Numbered from the stretch's first letter, positions 21,111 through 31,421 are shown. The stretch is DNA of 64,000 bases from an uncultured Candidatus Rokubacteria bacterium (GCA_963841755.1 CAWJDX010000005.1:6830-70829), one strand, 5' to 3'. Made by a program: numbers and translations. Notes: generated by a model not told the origin, from the letters alone.

Positions 21111-21677
21111 ATGCGCCCGAGCGCCCCCATGACCGGCCGTCTCCTCGAAGCCATGGCGCACGCGGGAGCCCGCGTCTACGGCGGCGAGCGCGTGTCCGAG
21201 CTGGACCACGCGCTCCAGTGCGCCGAGCTGGCCGAGGCCGGCGGCGCCGACGAGCAGCTGACGCTCGCGTGCCTGCTCCACGACGTGGGCCGCTTCGTGG
21301 TGGACCAGTCCCTGATCTTCGACCGCGTGGGTGGGGCCCGATCCGGGGCGCGCGGCCACCACGAGATCGGCGCCGAGCTGATCGCTCCCTACGTGCCGGA
21401 GCGCGTGGCGTGGCTCGTGCGCATGCACGCCGACGCCAAGCGCTACCTCTGCTCCACCGATCCCGGCTACCACGCGACCCTCTCGCCCGGCTCGCAGCAC
21501 ACGCTGACGCTGCAGGGCGGGCTCATGGAGCCGGAGGAGATCGCGCGCCTCGACGGGCACCCGTGGCTCGCCGACGCCCTGCGCCTGCGGCGGTGGGACG
21601 ACGGGGCCAAGGTGGTGGGGCAGGCGACCCGGCCGCTCGAGTCGTGGACGCCGCTGGTGCGGAGCTACTTCGGATGA
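21111..21677 (+). CDS. HD-domain protein, PhnZ-like (phosphonate-degradation HD oxygenase family); alternative start 21129
   Basis: YGGERVSELDHALQCAELAEAGGADEQLTLACLLHDVGR matches the N-terminal His/HD ligand pattern of PhnZ-type HD proteins. Confidence 0.6.
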   Translation: MRPSAPMTGRLLEAMAHAGARVYGGERVSELDHALQCAELAEAGGADEQLTLACLLHDVGRFVVDQSLIFDRVGGARSGARGHHEIGAELIAPYVPERVAWLVRMHADAKRYLCSTDPGYHATLSPGSQHTLTLQGGLMEPEEIARLDGHPWLADALRLRRWDDGAKVVGQATRPLESWTPLVRSYFG

Positions 21678-22153
21678 CCCACGATCCGCCGCTGCCCACG
21701 CCGTTCGTCGAGCGGTTCGCGCCGCTCGCGGAGGTGAAGTTCAGCGGCCCCCGCTCGAGCTTCCATCGCTGCTTCGGGTGCGGCCCGGACCACGACATCG
21801 GGCTCCGGGTCCGGACCTTCAAGGCGGAAGGCGAGGTCCTCTCGCCGATCGTGATCCCGGGCCGCTTCGAGGGCCCGCCCGGCGCCGCCCACGGCGGCAT
21901 CGTGGCCGCCTATCTCGACGAGATCCTGGCCGGCGCGGCGGTCAGCCACACCGGCCGGCTCTACGTGACCGGCGAGCTCACCGTGCGCTACGTCAAGGGC
22001 ACCCCGATCGAGCGGCCGCTGCTCGGGCGCGGACGCGCGGTGCGCGACTGGGGCAAGTACATCGATCTGGAGGCCACCATCGAGGACTGGCAGACGCAGG
22101 AGGTGGTCGCGAAGGCGACCGCTCGCTTCCTGCCGATCCGCGACGCGAGCTAG
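21674..22153 (+). CDS. hotdog-fold (PaaI-like) thioesterase with N-terminal Cys pair
   Basis: ATG 21674 overlaps the preceding stop (ATGA). Motifs are CFGCGPDH and GPPGAAHGGIVAAYLDE. Confidence 0.65.
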   Translation: MTHDPPLPTPFVERFAPLAEVKFSGPRSSFHRCFGCGPDHDIGLRVRTFKAEGEVLSPIVIPGRFEGPPGAAHGGIVAAYLDEILAGAAVSHTGRLYVTGELTVRYVKGTPIERPLLGRGRAVRDWGKYIDLEATIEDWQTQEVVAKATARFLPIRDAS

Positions 22154-23073
22154 TCCGCGCGCTTGAACTTCTGGAAGGACCGCATCACCCGCGGCGGGGT
22201 GAGGAACTGCCCGTAGCCGGTCCAGGAGACCTCGCCGACGTAGACGTCCCCGCGCGAGTCGACCACCAGGCCGTGGGGAGCGATGAACTCCCCCGGCTTC
22301 TCGCTCGCGAACTGCCCCCCGAAGCGCGCGACCCGCTGGCCCTTGGCGTCGAGCACGCTCACGCGCGGCCCCAGGTTCGGGGTCTTCTCGGTCACCGGCA
22401 TCCCGGAGCCGAGCTCGCCCACGAAGAAGAGGCCGTGGCCGCGGTCGGCGAAGAGGCCGCACGGGCGGTGGAGGTTGTTCCACTGGCCCTGGTAGCCGCC
22501 CTTGCCGTCGAAGATCTGCACCCGGTGGTTCTCGCGGTCGGCCACGTAGACGAGCCCGTCGCGGTCGGTCACCAGGTTGTGGGGCAGGTTGAACTGACCG
22601 GGATCGGTCCCCGGCTCGCCCCACGACATCACGTGCTTGCCGTCCGGCGAGTACTTGTGCACGCGCGAGTTGCCGTAGCCGTCGGAGACGAACAGGAAGC
22701 CGCTCTTGGGGCAGATCGCCACGTGAGTTGGCCGATTGAACGGCCGACCACCGTGCAGCTCGGCCGCCTTGTCCGGATCGCCGATGGTCAGCAGGTGCTT
22801 GCCCTCGGGCGTGAACTTGCGCACGGTGTGGTGGAGATCGTCGGTGAGCCACACCATGTCGTCGGCGTCGATGGTGATGCCGTGGGCCCGGCGGATCACG
22901 CCCTCGCCCCACGAGCGCAGGAAGTTGCCGTCGCGGTCGAAGACGATGACCGGGTGCTCGCCCCGGTTGAACACGAACGCTCGATCCTGCTTGTCCACCG
23001 CCACGCCCGCGACCTCGTGATAGGTGAAGCCCTCCGGCAGCTTTCCCCAGCCCTCGATGACCGAGAACTTCAT
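22150..23073 (-). CDS. NHL-repeat beta-propeller protein (peptidyl-alpha-hydroxyglycine amidating-lyase-like)
   Basis: MKFSVIEGWGKLPEG... carries repeated NRPTHV/FNLPHNLV/GEFIAPHGLVVD...VYV(A/G)D units. The start CAT is at 23071-23073. The upstream part of ORF 22150..24048 is non-coding read-through. Confidence 0.7.
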   Translation of the reverse strand: MKFSVIEGWGKLPEGFTYHEVAGVAVDKQDRAFVFNRGEHPVIVFDRDGNFLRSWGEGVIRRAHGITIDADDMVWLTDDLHHTVRKFTPEGKHLLTIGDPDKAAELHGGRPFNRPTHVAICPKSGFLFVSDGYGNSRVHKYSPDGKHVMSWGEPGTDPGQFNLPHNLVTDRDGLVYVADRENHRVQIFDGKGGYQGQWNNLHRPCGLFADRGHGLFFVGELGSGMPVTEKTPNLGPRVSVLDAKGQRVARFGGQFASEKPGEFIAPHGLVVDSRGDVYVGEVSWTGYGQFLTPPRVMRSFQKFKRAD

Positions 23074-23906
23074 TTGTTCTCCTCGATGGCCTGGGCCATG
23101 CGCTCGAAGCGGCGCTTGAGCGGGGTCAGACCCTCCTCGTGGGTGATGACGTAGAGGCGGTTGGCGTAGATCGCGCGCAGGACGCGCTCGGCCACGTGCT
23201 CGGGCGGCAGGTAGCGGCCGATCAGCTCGACCGCGCGCCCCTCGCCCTCCGCGGCCTCGTTGCGGAGCGCGGCCGGACGGTTGCGGTCGCTCTTCCGGAT
23301 CTGGGTGTTCACGCCCATCGGGCAGAGCACCGAGACGCCGATGTCGTAGCCGCGCAGGTCCTTCTGCAGCGTCTCGGAGAGGCCGACCACCGCGTACTTG
23401 GTGGTGTTGTAGATCCCGAGGCCCTGCGAGGCGATGAGGCCGGCCATCGAGGCGGTGTTCACGACGTGCCCGGGCTGCTTGCCCGCCACCATGCGCGGCA
23501 CGAAGGCCTCGACCCCGTGGATGACGCCCCAGAGGTTGACGCCCATCGCCCACTCCCAGTCCTTGTGGGTGACCGACTCGAGCCCGCCCCACAGCGCGAC
23601 GCCCGCGTTGTTGCACACCACGTGGACCGCGCCGAACTCGCCGAATGCGCGATCGGCCAGGGCGTGGACGTCGGCGAGCCGGCTCACGTCGGTCTTCACC
23701 GCGAGGGCGCGCCGGCCGGCCTGGCTCACCCCGGCCACCGTCTCGGCCATGCCGGCCTCGTCGAGATCGGCGACCACCACGTTGGCGCCCTCGCGGGCGA
23801 AGAGCAGCGCGAGCGCGCGTCCGATGCCGCTGGCGCCGCCGGTGACCACCGCGGTCCGGTCCTTGAGGCTGGTGAGAGGCACGGCGCCGAGTGTCGCGCC
23901 TGGCAT
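23070..23906 (-). CDS. short-chain dehydrogenase/reductase (SDR)
   Basis: TGGASGIGRA cofactor motif, NNAG, and YNTTK catalytic motif. Confidence 0.85.
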   Translation of the reverse strand: MPGATLGAVPLTSLKDRTAVVTGGASGIGRALALLFAREGANVVVADLDEAGMAETVAGVSQAGRRALAVKTDVSRLADVHALADRAFGEFGAVHVVCNNAGVALWGGLESVTHKDWEWAMGVNLWGVIHGVEAFVPRMVAGKQPGHVVNTASMAGLIASQGLGIYNTTKYAVVGLSETLQKDLRGYDIGVSVLCPMGVNTQIRKSDRNRPAALRNEAAEGEGRAVELIGRYLPPEHVAERVLRAIYANRLYVITHEEGLTPLKRRFERMAQAIEENK

Positions 23907-23927
23907 CGAGGGCTGTCAAGTGAGAGG

Positions 23928-24708
23928 ATGGCCGCCATGCCCGACCGCACGATCGTCGTCGCGCGCCGCTTCCGCGGCCCCGAGACCGACGACGGGGCGA
24001 CCGCCAACGGCGGCTACTTCTGCGGGCTCGTCGCGGGCGCGGCCCCACGGGCCACGACCATCGAGATCCGGGCCCGCGCGGGAGTCCCGCTCGACCGGCC
24101 CCTCACGGTGAGAGGCGACGGCCACACGGTGGAGGTGCTCGACGACGGCGCGCTCGTCGCGCGCTCGGCGGCGGAGCGGCTGCCCGTCCGGGCGCCCGCG
24201 CCGCCTGCGCTCGAGATCGCCCTCGAGGCGTCGCGCCGGTTCGAGGCGCATCTCGACGACGGCTCGGTCCGTCACACCTTTCCGGAGTGCTTCGTGTGCG
24301 GCCATCGCCGCGCGCCCGGCGACGGGCTCCGCATCTTCGCGGGGCCGGTGTCCGGCGCCGGCCTCGAGGGCGGCGAGGTCCGGGTGGCGGGCTGGACGCC
24401 GGATCCCACGTTCCTCGACGACGGACGGCCGCCTCCGCCCCGAGTTCGTCTGGTCCGCGCTCGACTGTCCGGGCGGCTGGGCGCTGGCCGGCCCCGGCAA
24501 CACCGGCACCCTGCAGGTGGAGATCCGGGAGCCGGTGGACGGGCGCCGGCCCCTGATCGTGATGGGCTGGCGCGCGGACCCGCCCACTCCACGCGCCGGC
24601 AGCCGGCGGCGCTACGCGGGCACCGCGATGTTCGACGCGAGCGGGCGGCTCCTCGCCCTGGGCGCGGCGATCTGGGTGGCGCCGGACCCGCTCGCGACGG
24701 CGCGCTGA
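23928..24708 (+). pseudogene. hotdog-fold/thioesterase-like hypothetical protein, frameshifted as sequenced (extra base near 24423)
   Basis: MAAMPDRTIVVARRF...ECFVCGHRRAPGDGLRIFAG...TFLDD is in frame 0. The continuation DGRLRPEFVWSALDCPGGWA...MFDASGRLLALGAAIWV is in frame +1 and ends at 24708. Confidence 0.6.
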
Positions 24709-24782
24709 CCGCGGATTCGCCGCGCTCCGGGCCACAAGTCGGGGTGTCCGGGTGAGGGGCTGGTGGTATCCTTTCCCCCGGC

Positions 24783-27349
24783 ATGGACTACCGACTGCCG
24801 ACGACCGTGGTGCCCTCGCGCTACGACATCCGCCTCGAGCCGGATCTCGAGGCCGCCACCTTCGCGGGCCACGAGACCGTCGCGATCACGGTCTCCGAGC
24901 CGGTGAGCGAGATCCTGCTCAACGCGGCGGAGCTGGTGATCCGCTCGGTGAGCGTGCAGACCGCCGACGGCCAGGTGGTGGAGGGGAGCGCCAGCCTCGA
25001 CGAGGCGGCGGAGCGGGCCCGGCTCACGTTCCCGCAGCCGATCCCGCCCGGTGAGCACCGGCTCACGCTCGACTTCACCGGGATCCTCAACGATCGCCTC
25101 CACGGCTTCTACCGCAGCACCTACAAGGACGCGGCGGGCGCCTCGCACACGATCGCGGCCACCCAGTTCGAGGCCACCGACGCGCGGCGCGGCTTCCCGT
25201 GCTGGGACGAGCCGGCGTGCAAGGCGGTCTTCGGCGTCACCCTGGTGATCCCGGAGGCGCTGGCCGCGGTGTCCAACACCCGGGTGACCGGCGAGTCGCC
25301 GGCCGGGCCGGGCAAGAAGGCGGTGGCCTTCGCGGACACCATCCGGATGTCGACCTACCTGGTGGCCTTCGTGGTCGGCGAGCTCGAGGCCACCCCACCG
25401 GTGATGGTGGGTCCCACCCCGCTCCGCGTGTGGTGCGTGCCGGGCAAGCTCCACCTGGCCCGCTTCGCCCTCGAGATCGGCGCCTTCGCCCTCGACTACT
25501 TCGAGCGCTACTACGGCCTGCCGTATCCGGGCGACAAGCTCGACATGCTCGCGATCCCCGACTTCGCGGCGGGCGCGATGGAGAACCTGGGCGCGATCAC
25601 CTATCGCGAGACCGCGCTCCTGGTGGACGAGGCGGCCGCCTCCCACACCGAGCGCGAGCGGGTCGCCGACGTGGTGGCCCACGAGATCGCCCACATGTGG
25701 TTCGGCGACCTCGTGACCATGCTGTGGTGGAACGGCATCTGGCTCAACGAGGCCTTCGCCACCTTCATGGAGCTGCTGGCGGTCGACGCGTGGAAGCCGG
25801 AGTGGAAGCGGTGGACCACCTTCGGGGTCTCGCGCGCCGCCGCGATGGCGGTGGACGGGCTGCACAACACGCGGCCGATCGAGTTCGAGGTGCGGGCCCC
25901 GCGCGACTGCGAGGCGATGTTCGACCTGCTCACCTACGAGAAGGGCGCCTCGGTCCTGCGCATGCTCGAGCAGCACCTGAGCGGCGAGCTGTTCCGGGAC
26001 GGGGTGCGGCTCTATCTCGAGCGTCACCGCTTCGGCAACGCGGAGACCACCGATCTCTGGAAGGCGCTCGGCGACGCCGCGCGGCCTGCCGATCCCGGAG
26101 GTGATGGACGGCTGGATCTTCCGGCCGGGATACCCGCTCGTGATCGTGGAGCCCGACGGCACCGGCATCAAGCTCAGCCAGCGCCGCTTCACCTATCTCC
26201 CGGCCGAGGGCGCGGCCTCCGAGCACTGGCAGATCCCGGTGCGGGTGCGCGCCTCGGTCAAGCGCGGCTTCGTGGACAAGCCGGTGCTCCTGGGCGCCGA
26301 GCGCCCTCACCGTCTCGCTCCCCGCCGCGCCCGACTGGGTGGTGGTCAACGCGGGCGGGCACGGCTTCTACCGGGTGCAGTACGCGGCGCCGCTCCTGCG
26401 CAAGATGACCAGCTCGCTCAAGAAGCTCGCGCCCATCGAGCGCTTCAACCTGGTGAGCGACGCCTTCGCGCTGGCCCAGGCGGGCCTGATGCCGTCGCCG
26501 GACTACCTCGATCTGACCGCGCGCTTCGGCGAGGAGACCGACCGCAACGTGTGGGCCGCGGTCATCGGCTCGTGGGGCTACGTCAACCGCGTCATCGCGG
26601 ACGACCGGCGGGCCGATCTCGAGGCCCTGGTGCGCCAGCGGGTGCAGGCGGCGGTGGAGCGGCTCGGCTGGGAGGCCCAGCCCGGCGAGACCGAGCTGGA
26701 GCGACAGCTGCGCGCCGATCTCCTGCGCACCGTGGGCACCCTCGGCAACGACCCCGCCACCCAGGAGCGCGCCCGCGCCCTCTACGCCCGCTACCGGGAG
26801 GACGAGTCGGCGGTGGACCCGGACGTGCTGCCCGCGCTCATCGCCATCGTGGCCGCGGCGGGCGGGGAGACCGAGTACGACGAGTTCCTCCAGCGCTTCA
26901 AGGCCGCGCGCAGCCCGCAGGAGGAGCAGCGCTACCTCTACGCGCTCGCCGCGTTCCGCGCGCCCGAGCTGATCCGCCGCACCCTCGAGAAGACCACCAG
27001 CGGGGAGGTGCGCAGCCAGGACGCGCCGTTCCTGATGCGGGCGCTCCTGGCGGGCGTGCACAGCCGGGGCCTCGCGTGGGACTACGTCAAGGCGAACTGG
27101 GAGACGATGGCCCGGCAGTACCCGGGCAGCGCCTACCGGCGGATGTACGAGGGGGTGACCGCGCTGGTGAGCCCGGAGTGGGAGCGCGAGGTGGGGGAGT
27201 TCTTCACCAGCCGCAAGATCGTGCTCGGCGGCAAGACCCTCGAGCAGTACCTGGAGCAGCTCCGGATCGCGGTGAGCTTCCAGGAGCGCGAGGGCGCGGC
27301 GCTCGCCGCCTATCTCGCCAAGCCGCCCCGCCCCCCGCGGGCCCGCTAG
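24783..27349 (+). pseudogene. pepN: M1-family aminopeptidase N, two frameshifts as sequenced (near 26082 and 26305)
   Basis: GAMEN exopeptidase motif and HEIAHMWFGD...WLNEAF zinc site. The sequence continues GLPIPEVMDGWIFRPGYP (frame +1), then LTVSLPAAPDWVVVNAGGHGFYRV... (frame +2) to stop 27349. Confidence 0.9.
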
Positions 27350-27373
27350 GGCCCGGCCGCTCCCGCGCCGCGG

Positions 27374-27721
27374 TCAGCGGAAGAGGGAGCCGAAGAAGTC
27401 CCGGACGCTCGAGCCGAAGGCGACCGCGCCTTCCTTGGTCCGCTCCCACGCGGTCTTGGCGTCGGGCGCCGCCGCCTGCCCGGCCTCTCCGAGCTTCTGG
27501 CCGGTGTACTTGGCGCCTTCCACCACCGTGTTGCCGATGCCCTTCGCCGTCTCGCCGGCGCCCTCGAGCACCTTGCCCTGGCCGATCTGACCGGCCCCAC
27601 GCTGCACCTGCTGGGTGGCCGCGTCCACTTCCGAGCGGTCGGCCGCCGGCGCGGGGGCGTGACCCAGCCCGACCATCGCCGAGATCGCCAGCGTGACCAC
27701 CATCGAGCGAGCTCTCACCAT
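27374..27721 (-). CDS. small secreted hypothetical protein (115 aa)
   Basis: MVRARSMVVTLAISAMVGLGHAPAPAA is a signal peptide. A GGGAGG RBS lies upstream of the start at 27721. Confidence 0.55.
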   Translation of the reverse strand: MVRARSMVVTLAISAMVGLGHAPAPAADRSEVDAATQQVQRGAGQIGQGKVLEGAGETAKGIGNTVVEGAKYTGQKLGEAGQAAAPDAKTAWERTKEGAVAFGSSVRDFFGSLFR

Positions 27722-27758
27722 CGTGCGCACCTCCCTCGGTTGGCTTGATCGCGAATTC

Positions 27759-28895
27759 ATGGTAACACCGTGCCCGGGGCCGGACCGCATGAACGCGACC
27801 ATTCTTCACCGCAGCGACGCCATCCGGGTGAGCGACGCCTCCGTCGAGGACGAGGCGCTCTGGCTCACCCCGGAGGAGCTGGCCCGCGCGACCGAATGGG
27901 AGTGGACGCCGGACGGCCTCTGCCGGGGCGCGCTGTGCGTCCCGGTGCCGCCGGGCGCTCCGTGGGTGCGGGAGGCCGGCCCCGCGACGCGCCTCGACCT
28001 CGCCGGCCTCGCGCGGCATCTCGGCCAGCCGGTGGCGGCGAGCCCGGCGCACGGGGTGTGGGCCATCGGCGAGTCGCACGCCGCGCTCGGCGAGCGGCTC
28101 GACTCGCTCGACGCGCCCGACTTCACGCTGCCGGACCTGGACGGCCGGGCCTGGTCGCTGCGGGACTTCCGCGGCCGCAAGGTGTTCCTGCTCGCGTGGG
28201 CGTCGTGGTGAGGGTGCCGCTTCGACCTGCCCGGGTGGCAGGCGCTCCACGCCGAGCTCGAGCCGAAGGGGCTGACCGTGATCACGGTGGCGCTCGACAG
28301 CGCGGGCGCGGCCGCGGCGGGGGAGTGGATCCGCGCGGCGCAGCCGACCCATCCCGCCCTGATCGACGCGCACTATGACCTGGCCACGCGCTATCACCTC
28401 GTCAACGTGCCGAGCGCGGTGTGGATCGACGAGCGCGGGCGCATCGCGCGCCCGGCCGAGGTCGCCTTCGCGGACAACCGCTTCATCGCGTACACCAAGT
28501 TCGACATGACGCGCTACCTGGACGCCATCCGCGACTGGGTGGCCAAGGGGTCCGCGAGCGGCCACGTGAGGCCGCCGGCCGGACGCCGGGAGCGGCTCTC
28601 GCTGCCCACCGCCGCGCACGCGCAGGCGGCCGCCTGCTTCCGCCTCGCCGAGCACCTGCACGCGGCAGGGGCACGCGGAGGCCGCGGTGCCGTTCTTCAA
28701 GGAGGCGCAGCGCCTCGAGCCCGAGTCGTGGTGCTACAAGCGGCAGGCCTGGGCGCTGACCGACGCGGAGCGGTTCTATTCCACCACCTTCCAGGACGAG
28801 GTGAAGGCCCTGGGCGGGCGACCGTACTATCCCCGTCCCGACTTTCCCCCCGAGCGTTTCCCCCGACGCTCCCGAAGAAGAGGGCCGAGCCATGA
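27759..28895 (+). CDS. thioredoxin-fold (TlpA/ResA-like) redoxin with in-frame TGA at the active-site position (candidate selenocysteine; W-A-S-W-U-G-C) and a TPR-like C-terminus; C-terminal part frameshifted as sequenced (near 28670, probably also in C-runs near 28855 and 28868)
   Basis: ORFs 27693..28211 and 28278..28895 share one frame and are separated only by TGA 28209-28211. Read-through gives FLLAWASW-U-GCRFDLPGWQALHAELEPKGLTVITVALD...NVPSAVWIDERGRI. The alternative start is 27789. An end at 28895 would give an ATGA overlap with the next gene. Confidence 0.6.
28226..28242 (+). promoter_or_regulatory. SECIS-like hairpin downstream of UGA 28209
   Basis: CCUGCC-CGGGU-GGCAGG is a 6-bp stem with a G-rich 5-nt apical loop. 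It begins 14 nt after the UGA. Confidence 0.4.
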
Positions 28896-29743
28896 AATAC
28901 GGCGTGTTCCAGTTCTCCACCGACTACGCGATCCGCATCGACGACCTGGCGCGCGAGACCGAGGGCCGCGGCTTCGAGTCCCTGTTCGTGCCGGAGCACA
29001 CCCACATCCCGGCCAGCCGCAAGAGCCCGTGGCCGGGCGGGGCCGACCTGCCGCGCGAGTACTGGCACACCGTCGACCCGTTCGTCGGCCTGGCCGCCGC
29101 GGCGGCGGTGACCACCCGGCTCAAGCTCGGCACCGGCATCTGCCTCGTGATCGAGCGCGACCCGATCCTCCTCGCCAAGGAGGTCGCGAGCCTCGACTAC
29201 CTCTCGCGCGGCCGCGTGCTCTTCGGCATCGGGGGCGGATGGAACGCGGAGGAGATGGCGCATCACGGGACCGACTTCGACGCGCGCTGGAAGGTCCTGC
29301 GCGAGCGGATCGCCGCGATGCAGGAGATCTGGACCAAGGACGAGGCCGAGTACCACGGCAAGTTCGTGAACTTCGACAAGCTGTGGTCGTACCCGAAGCC
29401 GGTGCAGAAGCCGCACCCGCCGATCCTGATGGGCGGGGCCGGCCCGCACGCGCGCCAGCGCGCGGCGGAGTTCGGCGGCCACTGGCTGCCGATCGGCGGG
29501 CGCTCCTACAGCGAGCCGATCGCCGAGACCATCGCGGATCTGCGGTCGCGGGCCGAGAAGGCGGGCCAGGATCCGGGCGCGGTCACCGTCTCCATCTTCG
29601 GCGCGCCCACCGACGAGACGCGCCTGGCCGGCCTGCGGGACGCGGGGGTCACCCGCGCGATCTTCGGGCTACCGCCCGCGGGTCGCGACCAGGTCCTGCC
29701 GCTCCTCGACAAGTACGCGGCGCTGGCCGCGCGGATCGGCTAG
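28892..29743 (+). CDS. luciferase-like monooxygenase family, F420-dependent oxidoreductase type
   Basis: 283-aa ORF with MKYGVFQFSTDY...GFESLFVPEHTHIP...GIGGGWNAEE, typical of LLM-class F420 enzymes. Confidence 0.8.
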   Translation: MKYGVFQFSTDYAIRIDDLARETEGRGFESLFVPEHTHIPASRKSPWPGGADLPREYWHTVDPFVGLAAAAAVTTRLKLGTGICLVIERDPILLAKEVASLDYLSRGRVLFGIGGGWNAEEMAHHGTDFDARWKVLRERIAAMQEIWTKDEAEYHGKFVNFDKLWSYPKPVQKPHPPILMGGAGPHARQRAAEFGGHWLPIGGRSYSEPIAETIADLRSRAEKAGQDPGAVTVSIFGAPTDETRLAGLRDAGVTRAIFGLPPAGRDQVLPLLDKYAALAARIG

Positions 29744-30967
29744 GCCGGCCGCGCGATCGGCGACGACCGGGTGACGAGGCAGAAGACGCTGAGCGCGCCG
29801 AGCCCGGTGAGCGCGATGCCGAGCGCGCAGAGGTAGATCACCAGGTAGGAGCCGGTCCGGTCGAAGAGGATGCCGGAGAGCCACGGGCCGAGCGCGGCCC
29901 CCAGGTTGTTGCCGATGCCGAGCAGGCCGAAGATGACGCCGTACTGCGCGGGCGGGGCGATGCGCCCGAGCAGCACGGTGACGATGCTGGCCCGCGAGCC
30001 GAGCGGCAGGAACAGGAAGAAGACGTAGCCGCGCCGCCAGCACCCACGCCGGACGGAACTCCATCCCGATCAGGCACGCCATCCCCACGCAGCGAGCAGG
30101 AGAACGAGAGAAAGCCCGCGATGGGGCCGCCGAGGCGGTCGGCGGTCAGGCCCGCGAGCGCGCGGCCGGCGCCGGCCAGGAGGCCGCCGATGGCGAGGAG
30201 CACCGAGGCCTGGCCCGCGGAGAAGCCGCGCTCGACGAAGTAGAGCGCGTGCTGCGTGGTGGCCAGGTAGCCGAAGAGCGGCGGCGTGGTGAACATCACG
30301 AAGCAGGCTCCAGAAGCCGGCCGAGCGCACGATGCTGGCGATGGTCACCGCGGCGCTCTCCGACGCACCGGTGCCGCCGCTGCGGACCGACGCGAGGTGC
30401 GTCGGGATGCGCGCGCCACGCCCACGGGATCAGCGCCAGGATCGCCGCCGCGTAGCACCAGAAGGCCGGCCGCCAGCCCCAGTGGGTGATGATCCACTGG
30501 GCCGGGGGCGCCAGGGCGTACGCGGCCATCGACCCGCCGAAGGCGATGCCGGTGGCCAGGCCCCGGCGGCGCACGTAGGCGTCCGCGATCAGGGCGGCGT
30601 GGGTCGTCATGCCGGTCAGGCCCAGGCCGATGCCGCCCCCGATCCCCATCGCGACCAGGAACAGGCGGCAGGGTCGGGGCCAGGCTGCCCGAGGAGCATG
30701 CCCGCCGGCCACGATGGCCAGGCCGAGGCAGACCAGCCGTCGCGGGTTCCAGCGCGCGACCAGGTAGCCGGCTACCGGGCTCAGCAGGGCCCCGCCGATC
30801 CAGAGCAGGGAGGCGGTCGAGGCGGTGGCGGCGCGCGAGCCGCCGAACTCGGCCAGGAGGGCGGGCAGGAACACCGGGAAGGTATTGGTGATTCCGGCCA
30901 CCAGCAGCATGGTCGCGAAGGCGAGCCAGAGCCGCTGGCTGGCAAGGGACTCCCGCGGTGGAGTCAC
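29740..30967 (-). pseudogene. MFS transporter (oxalate/formate-antiporter-like), at least 4 frameshifts as sequenced
   Basis: A hydrophobic TM-like reading passes through the minus-strand ORFs 30296..30967, 30070..30348, 29838..30299, 29669..30088 and 29740..29976 in turn. Each step equals one extra base. Confidence 0.7.
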
Positions 30968-31007
30968 CCGAGGGTAGGGGGAACCGGGCCGGGAGGCCCG
31001 GGAGAGC

Positions 31008-31214
31008 TCAGTCGTCCGCCTCGGCCCGCTTCATGGCCTTGCGGCGCTTCTTGCGCGCCTCGGCCTGCTTCCGCTTGCGCTTGACCGACGGCTTCTCGTA
31101 GTACGCGCGCTTCTTCATCTCCTTGAAGAGCCCATCCTTGAGCATGAGCTTCTTCATGGTCTTGAGCGCGGACTCGACCTGATTGTCGTGCACCTCGATA
31201 CGCATGACAGGCAC
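31008..31214 (-). CDS. rpsU: 30S ribosomal protein S21
   Basis: (M)PVMRIEVHDNQVESALKTMKKLMLKDGLFKEMKKRAYYEKPSVKRKRKQAEARKK. GTG start at 31214, with an alternative ATG at 31205. Confidence 0.9.
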   Translation of the reverse strand: MPVMRIEVHDNQVESALKTMKKLMLKDGLFKEMKKRAYYEKPSVKRKRKQAEARKKRRKAMKRAEADD

Positions 31215-31421
31215 GGTAACCGGAGGGCGGGCTGCTGTCAATGCCTGAAGTTGGGCCCTGGGCCGCAACCCCCGGAGATTACAGGGTGAGCGCCGCGCCT
31301 AACGCGGCGCGGTCGAGCCGCGGAGTCTGCTGGTGCTCCGCACCGGCCTGCGGGACGAGTCCCGAATGGCGGACGGAAGCGTCGAGTCGAGTAGGCGCGG
31401 AAATAGGGTACCCTGCGGGCC

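Noticed and set aside
22150-24048. Apparent single 632-aa protein.
   Set aside because: Only the last 307 codons (from MKFSVIEGWG, start 23073) look like a real NHL-repeat protein. The upstream part is an alternative-frame reading across the SDR gene (23070..23906).
28800-28895. Possibility that the redoxin and the following LLM oxidoreductase are one fused protein, because the frame-2 reading is open from 28805 into ATG 28892.
   Set aside because: The LLM gene has its own ATG and a typical N-terminus (MKYGVFQF). The ATGA-overlap junctions seen throughout the window make a stop at 28893-28895 more likely, which requires two more +1 corrections in C-runs. This remains unresolved without reads.
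30968-31007. CCGGGCC-ggga-GGCCCGG hairpin downstream of rpsU as a terminator.
   Set aside because: The stem is only 7 bp and has no T-tract on the relevant strand, so it cannot be distinguished from background GC palindromes.
31290-31310. Perfect GC hairpin GCGCCGCG-cctaa-CGCGGCGC between rpsU and the 103-aa ORF.
   Set aside because: It could be a leader or attenuator structure, but short perfect GC palindromes are expected by chance at this GC content, and nothing else (U-tract, conserved loop) supports a function.
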